The notes beneath the pieces were generated by a model. It made no database searches. It saw only the letters and a program-made list of their open reading frames with translations, and was not told where the DNA came from. Positions 13,381 to 24,932 of a stretch of DNA of 64,000 nt are shown piece by piece. Every line of letters starts with the position of its first letter. The stretch's first letter is position 1. The position numbers and the translations under genes are program-made. This stretch comes from Amphiscolops sp. MND2022 (lineage: Eukaryota), in assembly GCA_964187785.1 (NCBI GenBank), contig OZ076412.1:59830001-59894000 (forward strand). Reading direction: 5' to 3'.

Positions 13381-16300
13381 AATACTTTCCAGCATTATCT
13401 ATCTACTAGTTCTTGGCAGGAGCTGTTAGAGAAGGAAGAAAAAAAGCCCACTGAAAAATGAATTCATTTCTCAGCGAACCGAAAATAGTATCGAAATTCC
13501 ACTTCTAGGATAACATTCCAGTAAAAACTCAACTTATTTTGACCCCAAAAAGCAATCTAGCACAAAGCGTTTTCAGTTTTTTGGGAAGTTGAAAATGTTC
13601 GAGATTTTAATTCAGTTTTGGCTCAGAAGTTTATTTCAATCACTTTCGATTTTCATAGTGAACATATTTTAGACTAATCTTTTGAAATGATTTTCTTCAC
13701 ATATTGCGGTCTGAAATATCAACTGAAGCTAGCCAGTAAACTGGCTCAATGTGTAAATTACGGAGTCTATGTGGTGCTACAAGTATTGATTGTGAATAAT
13801 ACAGTTCACATTTTGGACAAAAAATGAGGTTTGCCGTAGTGTTGAACAACCCAAATTAACTTGCACTAGCAGAGACTCAAAAGGTGATAATAAAAATTGG
13901 TTGGTGTTTCGGAATCAAGCAACCAAGAAAATCTGTTTTGGAGCTTTATCGTATTTCAGTCATTTTGGGCCATCATGAAGTCCTTGTAAGAAATCATGAA
14001 GTTGGTTTGAAAAAAAAACGTATGATGCGTCTAAACTGCGTAACAGGCGAAGCTTTGTGCATGAGTAAAGTTTTGGAGTTGTTTTTATATAGATACTTCG
14101 ACTTAGTTCAAACTAAGTTTGAAAAGTCAAAAAACGATCAAAACCTTCAATTAGGAATCTTTGAGAAAGGAGCTTGAGAACCGTTACGAAATAAGTACGA
14201 ATTTTTGAGATATGGGGGAATTGCTGCACTCATTATAAGTTCAATGGTGTTTGTTACGTTTTCGGAAACTTGGCATAATCACGAGTTAGTTAAGAAAACG
14301 TCAGAAGCAACCGAAGGTTCTCCTAGTGTTCTCTGTGGACAGAGGGTTCAAGAAGCCCTACATGTGACTAATAGGATTGCCGTATTAGGTAACTTGGTAA
14401 TAGAGAGTACCTCGGTACTCGCTATAGTAAAAGAATAGGTGCTATTGAAAAAAGTACCATTTGGAAGTAGGGAAAAACAACAAACTTACAATTGATTAAA
14501 AAAATTGAGAATCGAAAATTTCTTGGTCTATATCTTCCTCATCAAAATGTCGAGACTTTTTAATGTTCAAATTTGGACACCTACTCAGGTGTGATATCAG
14601 GTGGAAATACCGCTGATACATCAGAAGTGACAAGCTAGAACACGCTCAGGAATTTTTTTTAAAAACCCTAAAAATTTCCGATTTTCAACAACCATTTTCA
14701 CAATAACGAAGAATGTTAGGATGAAACTTTCATCAGATTGAATATTACATCCGCCAGTGTCAGCTGTTACTTATATTGGGCCGGTTTGATGTGGTTCAAG
14801 TAGTGAAATTAGCAAAATCAACGAAAACCGTAAAATAATCGGAAATCTCATCCGAAGCTAATAAAATCGCGCCGATAGAAAATTTCCGTAGAAAGTTTAC
14901 ATCGTCAGAAAAGTAATCAATGGTAGTAGTTTTTTCGGATAATTCGGATAGCTAGATGCAATGGTTTGTCGGAAAATGTCCCAAGCATATACAAATAGGA
15001 ATCTCAAAATACGCGAAAAAGTTTTTTCGCAAACACATCCAAAAAATTCCAATTTTAATTGCCATTTTTCAACGTCCAGTAATAAAACCTTCAGCCATTG
15101 AGATGAGGGGTCCTGATACGTTTGGCCGATTTGATGTGGTTTGTCAACCGAAAATAGACAAAATTGGCAAAAACTTTTATATTTATTATAAATTTCACGT
15201 TTCGGAAGCAAAAAGGCACCCCCAATTGCATGGCGTACGTCAAAATACACTTTTTTGCAGAAAAAAATAGATTTTGTTTCGCAAAAAACACAAAAAATTT
15301 CCGATCTTTAATTGCCATTTTCTCAACGCCCAATTATTGTAAGAAAATGAAATTTTCACGACCTTAAAGAAGTCATTCTCTTGCGACAGTTTGTACCTAT
15401 TTTGAGATGGTTCGATATTGTTCAAGTGGTAAAATTACGCAAAGTTGAAAAAACCCTAAACATTTTCGCAAAAATCGTGTTTTCGAAGCAAATAAAATCG
15501 CCCAGGCCGAAACTTTTCGGAACTTTACATGGCCAGAAACGGCATTCAGTTGCGGTTCTGTTTTCAAAGTTTTGATTTGTCTAAGTGAAATATGCTTGGA
15601 GAAAAAGAGCCGAAATAAAATCTAAGAAATGAGGCAATATATGACTTTTCCCCAATTTTTTAAATCTCATCAAAGGGTCCCCTTTTTGGTTATTTTGACT
15701 TTTTGCACACAATTTTAAAATAAAAAAGCTCAGAAAATTACAGTGAGAGCTTTTTTTTCTGATATTGAAAAGTGTTTTTCGGGGAACTGATGAGTTTTTC
15801 ATTGATTGAGGAAAATATGTTTTTTCGACACAGTGCGACTTGTTTCAGTACAATTTTCATACCTCCATCACTTTGATATTTTTGGGGCTGAAAAAAGTGT
15901 TTAGCGAGCGTAAAGCTTCTCTTTCAGCACAATGAGTCTTTCGAACGAAAAAAAATCAATAAATTTTTTTTTGCAAAAAATCAGTTTTTTCGATGTTTCA
16001 AGTTGGTGAAAAGCGGTGTTGTTCGAGTCTTATCCGTATCCCCTCTGATATTTTCCGGCTCTGTATTTTTGATAAACTTTTAACAAAAGTGTCCCTTGTG
16101 TGTTTAACAAACTTTTCTCTTCTGAACCTGGAGCGGGGCGCCAAACCGTTTCGTTCCTGGCTTCTTTCTTTTTAGAGTTTGGAACCGACTTTTTCTATTA
16201 AATACTAGATAAATGAAACAAAAAAACATTCAATCTGAAAAGAAATTATGAAAAAAAAACGAAAAGTGAAATTCTCAATTGTGGCGTAATATGACAGGGA

Positions 16301-18485
16301 ATTAGATATTCGAGGTGAAAACTAGGATTGTTATTTCAATCAGAATATTTCTGGATATTGCAGTTTCCAGTATTTCAATCAAAACTGAAAACAAATCCAC
16401 TTTTCACCCCCGCGATCACTTTGTTTTCCCGCGTAAGTTCCTCAAGTAAGTACCCTATGTGATCACCATTAGTCAAATCGCACGCTGGACATGGCTCTAC
16501 TTTGAAACTTTTAATGTGAACGAATTTTATTTGCATCAAAGTCGGGGTAAAATTGATGAAGTCTCAGCTGCTTTCAAAATTAGAACTACTTCTTAATGAA
16601 ACCGCCAAATTTATGTTGGTGCTTATAAGCAGCTTTATGAAATTAAATCCAATCAGTGAAAAATTAATGCATTGAAGTTTTCTTGAAAAATTTATAACTT
16701 CATGAAGAATTAGCTTGGTTAAATCTTGTAAAAAGCTGTTTCAACCAGGGTGCACCAATCTAAATTGAAAGTGGGAGCGAATAAGCAATTTCAATTGGTT
16801 GCTAACGACGCTCACGTCATAGGGGGTCGATTGCATGATTACAATACTGTAATATAATAAAACTGGCAAAACTTATTAAAGAAACTTGTAAAACTTTATG
16901 GCTCCGAATTGTCGACATCTTAGGATGCATCTTTTAGACAGCTTGATAAAATTCAATTGAATTAGTCGAACGTTTTTGCATGGAAGTATTTATGATAGTT
17001 CAATGAAATCAGGATAAATTTGCGTAGCAACCAGCAAATCGTTTAAAAATTTCGAGCAGTTTCAACAAGGGTATTTAAACTTTCTGCTGGTCATTCGGCA
17101 ATGCATTCTTAGTATTTCGAATTGATGTACACAGCGAAATCCTGGTTTCCAAATTGTCTCAATTCTAGGGAGCCTGACGTTTTTAAAGGAGGTAAGCAAT
17201 GTCCTAAATTATTCAGAAAAATAAGAAACCGTGAATATTTTAGAGTCCCCAATTTTTGTACTTGAGTTTGAGTATTCAAAATATTGGGAGAAGAACATCA
17301 CGAATGAATAAAACATACTTCAACTTCAGCATTTCGAGCAAAAAAATTGTGCAGTTTGTTTGATATAAAAGGCGGTTCTTTGTGCAATTTTCAATTTATT
17401 TCGATAATATAATATAGGTTAGCCACAAAATATTCGTTGGCAGCATCATCATAATTTATATATATTGTTTCTAACTAGGAAAAATCCAATGTGAGTACTC
17501 CTAGCGAACAATGTTTTTACCTAACTGTCCTATAGCTGTTCAATAGCTGTTTTCAAACAAACTTGTAACCCTTTTCCTTGCAATTTTTTGATTGCCAGAG
17601 TTAATTTTTGTTGATGAGCGTTGCACTAACTAATGGAATATTTCCATTAAACAAGCTTTAAATTGAAATTCGTCTTTGTACGGTCGTTTGCTCAAAAATA
17701 ACGAAAATGGCAATGTTCAAAAAAACAATCTTTCCAAACAGAAGCCATGATCAGTGTATTGTTCGTTCATTCACCAGTTAAGTGGATTAAGTGAGTTGCG
17801 AAAGATTTGAAGAGATAAAAGGATTTTGGCATGAACAAATAATAGAAAGGCAATTGTGTTTTTAAGACCAAGCAATTAGAGCATAAAATTGTCAAAAAAA
17901 CTTCTGCAGCCGCATTCAGTCTTTTTGTTTTTGGCGTCCTGGTTAACCTAACATCCAATTCAAACATTGTTCCCGTTTAGTTGAAACAGCTGTCACGAAA
18001 AAGTGAGAATATTTCCAATTCATGTCATCTCCGAATGTGCGAATCGCTTGTTTATTCTTGTTCTAGGCAAATCTCTTGAAATTCTTACTAAGAATCTTAT
18101 CAAAAGCTTGATGAAACCGATGATTCGCAGTAAAAAACATGAAGTGTAGATTACAATCACTTTGCAACTGTTTTTTTCTACCACTTTTTGTTAGGACAAC
18201 ACAACAAGATTAAATTCAAGATTTGATTGCTAGATTGAGCGGCTGGAGCGTAATCGGCTTGCTAATCAAACCACAGTTCGTGATGGTGTCTGGTTTACAT
18301 TCCTTAACTTTATCTAGCTTCTCTCTTGAAATTCTTGGCACGATGGTTGTATGATAGTTCACATCCTTGGCGTTCTTTGTAAGATTCTGGCCGAGGTTTT
18401 TACTAAGGGTTTCAAGTAATGATAAATTTTTCTGATGGATTCTATATAAGAGTTTTCACCCTGTGATGACTTTCAGGCTCTGCAT

Positions 18486-18563
18486 GCATTTTTGCTCAAC
18501 CTAGGCGTGTATTGATCTTACTCATGAGTAACATCAATACACGCCTAGGTTGAGCAAAAATGC
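18486..18563. repeat. Zero-spacer palindrome, 39-bp arms, one mismatch
   Basis: gcatttttgctcaacctaggcgtgtattgatcttactca|tgagtaacatcaatacacgcctaggttgagcaaaaatgc. Confidence 0.95.
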
Positions 18564-18998
18564 GTTCGTTGCAAGGTTCTTGCGAGAATCTTTCAAAATC
18601 TTGCAAAACAATGCATTTTCCTTGGATTTCCTGAACAAATCTTGAAAGAACTTTGCTTGAAATGCCTTCCATGTAAGATCATTGCAAGCAACAATTTCGC
18701 AAATACTGTTATCTTAGTATGGTAAGTATGTTTCGACAACCCAATCAATTTTCCAATGAATTTTTTTCCTTGCAAGAATCTTTCAAGGAAACACTATTCC
18801 TTGCAAGAATCTTCCAACGAATTTTTTTCCTTGCAAGAATCTTTCAAGGAAACAGTATTCCTTGCAAGAATCTTACAAGGAAATTTATTCCTTGCAAGAT
18901 TCTTGCAAGATGTCTTGCAGAAAAATGCATTATCTTGCAAGACCTTGAAAGAAAATCTTGCAAGATCCTTGCAAGGAACGCATTTTTTTCAACCAGGG
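18544..18998. mobile_element. MITE built of TCTTGCAAGA arrays (..TTTTCAACCAGGG end)
   Basis: Right end ccttgcaaggaacgcatttttttcaaccaggg matches the degenerate left end cctaggttgagcaaaaatgcgttcgttgcaagg in inverted orientation. Interior is many cttgcaag units. Confidence 0.7.
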
Positions 18999-19999
18999 AA
19001 GGAATTGATTTCCTTGCAAGAACTTTCATGGAATGTGTTTTCTTTTGAAGTATTATTACAAAGATCAGATTTCCTTGTAAGATCATTGGCAAGGAACGCA
19101 TTTTTCTTGCCATATAAATACGAAGTCTTCAATTTCACAGGCTCTCACAACTTTTTCAATTACAAAATTATCTTGAAATACAAACAAGCCGAGAATAGCT
19201 CAGTCAACTTAAAGTCAGCGTAACTGCAAGAACAAAATATGCAAATTAGCCGGCCTGTCTATTTTGTCGCATTCCTGTCTGTATCAAAAACAGAAGATTG
19301 AGAATTTTGTTCTGTAGCAAGAATCGATCCAGAGTTTAAAAATACTCATTCAGCTAATAAGTGTCAGAATTTCATGAATTTGATTTGCTAAGTTTGTTTA
19401 AAATGTCCTGCATCTATTCGTCGTCGTTTACGGATTCAAATAGTAATTTTTACAACTTGGACGAAAAATCACTAAAAAAAGTGTGCTTTGCCAAATACTT
19501 TTGAGCATGTCTGAGGACTACCTATTGACTAATTAAAACAATCAGATTTTAGGCGGCAAGCGAGAACAGACGAAAAAGCTATTTGGAGAAAAAACAGGTA
19601 CGAAACTCGCAGAAAGACTATCAACAGATGCTTTCGTAACCTTGGCGAGATGCACTTCGGTGATGTTACAGGTATTCGTTACCTGGCATTGTCAAACTCT
19701 CGAAAAGCTATACTTCGTAATTTTCTTCATTTCGGTGATAGAGCGTGCCTGGGAACCACTTTGTGATGTATTTTTGAAATTTTGTATGCAGGATATTGTC
19801 ACTACTACCTATCACAGACTGAGGTCAAATGGAAACTATGCAGCAAAAAAGACCCTACCACGGAACATTCGGGATCGAAAATGGACTTTCTGGCAATTCG
19901 AACTTGTCCTAGGACAAAACTTAAATTTTCTATTTCACTCGTTTTTGACTTTGGAAGTTAAGCGTCACATTGAAAGTTAAGGATACCCAGAGAAGTCTT

Positions 20000-22150
20000 T
20001 TTCTTGTTGGGAACAAATTTGATTTTTTCATTCTTCTCCAGAAACTTCACGTGCTGTTAAAATCCAAGTATTTTGCCTTCTAGCATTGCGCCTAACTGAG
20101 CAAAGTTTCGTTGTCAGACTCTTAAGCGTTTTGCAGTTTCCGTTGCAAAACAATTGTATGCCTTTCCCAGACCTATCTCATGGGAATTATATTTTGTTCA
20201 AAATGCATACAATTGTGCGAATCCACTAGTTTTCAGATCTGAATAGGTATTGAGTTTCGTTACTTTCCCCGTTATTTTCTGTCTGTTAATCTAATCCATT
20301 GTGGCTTGAAGGTGTTCATTTATTCTCCAACCAAAAGCGTCTTGCAATAGTAAATGAAAAACTCCAAGGCCACTGTGACTCTTGTTTTGATTATCAGTGC
20401 AACCCAATTATCAGGAAAAGGTGAAAACGTAAAGGAAACACATTCAAATTTACGGAATAAGAAGTTTCTAGCAGTTTTCACGTCTGCAAATGACTTGAAA
20501 TTAGTGAACAGACTCTTACAGGTCCATGAAAGGAGTCGCACGTGAACGCTCTTGAACTGGAACGGGTATGCTTAATGTGAAGTAGTAACAAAGAAGAAGC
20601 TGTAACGTATATTTAAACCGCTAATATTATTTAGGACCAAACATATTAAACGATTGAAACACATTGCCCGGAATCAGTCCTTCTAATGATGACGATCTTC
20701 GTAGTACTTTCCGGGCTGTACATGCTACCAATGTCATGAATTAGTTTCACAAAACCAGCGTTCAAGTAAACTAAGAAATCTTGAGTCATTCTTAGGACTT
20801 GGGCTCAACCAAATTTGGAAAGCAAACAAAACTACGAGAAACAGGTGTATAAATCTGAGTTATGCAACAAAATTAACGCAATACAAAAGTAGGGACATTA
20901 GGAAGACTTTGTACATGTCCCCAAGAAGAAATACGCCCCAAAAAGAAGAACGCTTTTACAATATTACATGATCAATTGGTATCAAATTATCTTTTTGCCT
21001 TTTTGGTCAGATTTTTTGTGAAATGTAATACGGATGAGAAACGGACTTTTCATTTCTGCAAACATTTTACAATTCTCTCTCGATGCTTGCTGGTCACATG
21101 CTCAAATTACAAATGCATGTCATCTTATACCATGAATCCGCACCAACCAAAAAGCTCGTTTCATAGTTTCGTTATTGATATTTGTTACATGTGGATTTGT
21201 TTTGAAAAGGCGACACCTTAAAATTTTGTAGAACTTTTGGTCGAACTATTTTGGTCACTTCAGCTGTATCGAAAACAACACTGACGACAAGCCATGACTA
21301 TAGTCGACAGTTTTCTGAAGAAAAGCGCCGACTAAAAACGGAGATATTAAAAACCCAATTAATAACAACCGATATTAACAATTTCTGCTGTATCAAAAGT
21401 GTTCGAGAACGAGTTTTCAAAACGGATCGTTGAGTTTCTCGAGGACTCCAAACTACGGGGCCCGCATCTATCAAGAGTAAAAATTTCAACAACTGATGCT
21501 CTTCTTCATGCAACAGATAATAATCGATGTGATATTAATTTAAAAAACGTCATTGCGGCTGCCTTTTTGGAACTCGCAAAAGTGTTTGATTCGATCTCCC
21601 ACGAAATCCTTCTCCAGAAACATAATCAACGGAAGTTCACAGTAAGTGCTATTTCGACGGTTCGGAATTCTTTTGAAAAACCGGACGCATAAATTTGTTC
21701 TCGAAACTGCATCTTCAGATTTGATTTCGCTACATCAGGGTGTTCTACGGGGTACTATCTACCCTCTATGTTCAGCAAATACGTAAAATGTATGTGATAC
21801 GGTATTGCTAACCCATGCGAACTAGAACAGTATGCAGATGAAACGTTCAGTTTTGTCAATAGCAAGAAATTTGAGGATGCAATACATCTTTCAGTAAATA
21901 CAAAGATTTTAGTTCAAAAAAGTTTAGATATCGGCTATTGATAAAAAACTGATTTTATTGTTTTCTGCCGGAAACCCACTTCGCAGACCTCAAAAAATCC
22001 TGATTATTCTCTATGCCAAGTGGCAGTAGAAGTTACAAGTTTAGTGTGGCAGTTAGTGGAAGCAACAGCTTATAAAATCTGTCACGTCGTTGGTGTTGAA
22101 AAAAAGCCAGTGCTATAGTCTGCATTTGCTACGAAAACCGCTGACTAAAA
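20000..22150 (+). mobile_element. Second decayed CR1/Jockey-group LINE (RT core ~21290-21960)
   Basis: Reads KRIVEFLE, STTDALL, AFLELAKVFDSISHEILLQK, QGVLRGTIL (cf. QGSVLGPLL) and YADET. Boundaries are approximate. Confidence 0.75.
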
Positions 22151-23522
22151 ACTGCCACTTAGGTTTTGGAAAATTCAATAATTGAGAAGGAACCAAATGT
22201 ACTAAATAACACACAATTCAAACCTATGTTTGGACTAAAACACCGTAGTGGTATAGTTACAATACGAAAATGTGACAGTTTAAAAAACGACATGAAATAT
22301 TTGACATTAGTAGCGCCGTAGACAAGTAGGCAACTGACGGATTAATTCATAGGGGATTGTTTTCTGGGACGAACAACTTTGGGGGCCTGTCGCTCGTAAG
22401 ATCCTGTCGAAGATCTAATGCTGACAAAAACGGTGAAGTAATTCACAGACGGCACTAAAACTTGCAAAATAAAACGGTTTACACAATTCGGATCCCTGCT
22501 CAAGGCTAAAAAGCAAAGTCTCCCTAGTTGAAGAAATTCACATTTATTGCAAAATTCGCAATCTTGTACCATCTCAACCTTGCAACAGAAAAAAGATCCA
22601 ATCTGACTCAAAAAACAGTGATTTTAGACGTTATTTCACAAAAATAGGGAATTTAGACGTTATTCTACCAAAATACGGTTGATTTTAGACGCTATTCCTG
22701 TAAAATGTTTTTAGATTTTATTCCATCAAATATTTAAATCTGGACCATCAAAATTTTATGCCAATCTTTAAAATCTGGACCATTTCATCTAAAATTTATG
22801 ACAAAGTAACCCAAAATCCGTAGCTCAAAATGCAAAACAAAATCCTACCTATCTAGCGGCTTCAGGAAACGCGGTGCCGAAAAGTGTTATTTTAGAAAAA
22901 GCCACAAAATCAGTAAAAAAATCTTAAACGAAGCGCTTTTTTTAGAAGAATTTCTGACGAATAGATGCAAATTATGCAAAAATGTAATCAGACTCTCAAA
23001 AGAAATGTTGAACATTGTAACAAACTTGCAAAATTTGCGATTCTTGTACAAACTTGTATTCTCGTTAAGAAATGCATAATTGGTAAGAATTTTGGCCGAA
23101 TTTTGCATAATTTGTGATTCCCCAAAACTAGGGCTTGTATATTCTCAAGGACTGTTTTTGAAACCTATGAAAGTTGTCAGAGTGTAAAAACATCAAAAAG
23201 AGCAACTTTTGATTTAAAAATTTCATTGGAGAATTGCAAAGTGATTTGAGAAATCAAATAGTTGTTGCCCTTTTCCGGCTTTCTTATTGTCGTAAAAAAT
23301 GAAGAGGTGATAGAAATACAATAAAAGTTGCATAAAAAATAAAAGTGGCAGTGTTAACTTTGGAAAAAAAACTAAGTACGACAACTGCTGACAACACTCC
23401 AAAGCCAAAGCAGTTTTTCCCCAAAACAACTGGAAATAATTCTCCGTCAGCTTTCAGTTGTACGTACAACCGTTAAGAATCATTGCTTCATTTGCCAAAG
23501 GCTATTTCAATCTCAAGAAGAA

Positions 23523-23998
23523 CCCGCGTTGACCCTCTTACTAGCATCTTGGCTGTCTTGGCAAGATCTTGCCAAATTCTTACTACATCTTGGCAACCAT
23601 GGCTCCCATGGCAAGATTCTTATTAAGATCTTACTAAGATAATACTTATTCCAAGATCGTATCTTATCACGATGGACAAAGTTTTAAGATTATAAAAAAA
23701 CCGTATACCTTCGGTACAAGCAGCCGAGACTCAATCATTGCTAACACAAGTTTTACTGTCTAACAATATAAATCTGCAGAAATGTTGATTTTTGTTGACT
23801 TCCTTTGAGATTTTTTCTTTCCAAATAGGATTTTACAATAAAAGTTTTTTTGGGAACATGGCTCTCTTGACAAGATCTTACCATGACATCTTGCAATTCC
23901 TGTCAATATCTTGGCAAGATCTTAGCTAAGATTTTTCCAAATTCTTGGCAAGATCTTGCCAAGATCTTACTAAGATATCCATGAAGGGTCGACCCGGG
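23523..23998. mobile_element. MITE with CCCGGGTCGACCC TIRs and CAAGATCTTG arrays
   Basis: cccgcgttgaccc (23523-23535) and gggtcgacccggg (23986-23998), with AA on both flanks. Confidence 0.7.
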
Positions 23999-24014
23999 AA
24001 GCCTCTAGTCATAC

Positions 24015-24030
24015 ATTGAAGTGTATGGAA
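24015..24030 (-). CDS. Candidate 16-nt exon 2 of the small GTPase gene
   Basis: Strong minus-strand acceptor cattttctcttttgcag and donor gtatga. Reading frame is ambiguous (see findings). Confidence 0.3.
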
Positions 24031-24508
24031 CTGCAAAAGAGAAAATGTAGAATTATTATTCTCGTTTGTATCTAAATCAATGTCTCGATAAAAAATTAAG
24101 CTCACTCACTTGAACTGTTTTTTTTTCATCATTTCGGTATTTCGATATTCATTCACGTTTGAGTGTCTAGGATTCGTTTTTTTAATTTTCCTATTTTTTG
24201 TCAGATGTTAGTTTTTTGGGACTCTTCGCGGAGGCCACGTTCTCGTCGTGAGTCCTGTCACGTGTGGTATATCTATAATAATCCGCACTTGCAAAGAGCC
24301 TTCAACCCAGAATAAGGACATTTTTCAATTACTGAATGCTTTGCTTTCAGTTGAACTGAATGTCCGACATAATGCTTCTAACTTCATTTTGTTTCAGCTC
24401 AAGTAATGGAGAGTGGTCAAAAATAGGACCATATCCATCTTTTTTGAAGACAATTTTGGCTATCGGAACGGCCCGTTTCAAATTTTTTCAACCATGGCAC
24501 ATGGATTT

Positions 24509-24594
24509 CCATCCATGATTCATCCATGATTCACGGATTTCCATACAGTGCCCATGTCATGGCGAGCCATGCATCATGGATGAATCATGGATGG
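24509..24594. repeat. 22-bp perfect inverted repeat with 42-nt spacer (CCATG-rich)
   Basis: ccatccatgattcatccatgat (24509-24530) / atcatggatgaatcatggatgg (24573-24594). Confidence 0.8.
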
Positions 24595-24751
24595 CGGGCC
24601 ATGGTGTGACAACCTGGAACCGTTCAGAGCTATAGCTGGACTCTTGCAATATAATAATATGATGGTAATTATATATACGGTATAATATGATAATATGGTA
24701 AAAATTAATTCCCAATTAAAAGTGAAACATTGATCGCGTGACTCGACTCAC

Positions 24752-24932
24752 CCCTTGTGATGCACTCGTGTCTGTAGAGGTCTTCCACAGTGGATGAGTA
24801 GGAGTCTGTGAACTTATTGTGAAGCATCCTCTTGACCAGACTAGTCTTGCCCGTTTTTGGTGCCCCCAGAAACACGAGTTTGAACACTTCTGCGTCGAAT
24901 GCTATGTTGATTGAGCCCCTTCTCACGTCCAT
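24752..24932 (-). CDS. First coding exon of a Ras-family small GTPase (RASD/DIRAS-like)
   Basis: ATG at 24932 in AGTATGG context. FKLVFLGAPKTGKTSLVKR gives the G1 P-loop GxxxxGKT. FTDSYSSTVEDLYRH gives the switch I TxED motif. Ends at consensus donor G|gtgagt, phase 1. Confidence 0.85.

Noticed and set aside
16320-16390. Minus-strand acceptor followed by VLIEILETA (cf. LDILDTAG)
   Set aside because: Four residues too short, no Gly after TA, and derives from a local gattgaaata duplication.
18719-19223. 109-155 aa ORFs
   Set aside because: Products of the cttgcaag repeat array, not genes.
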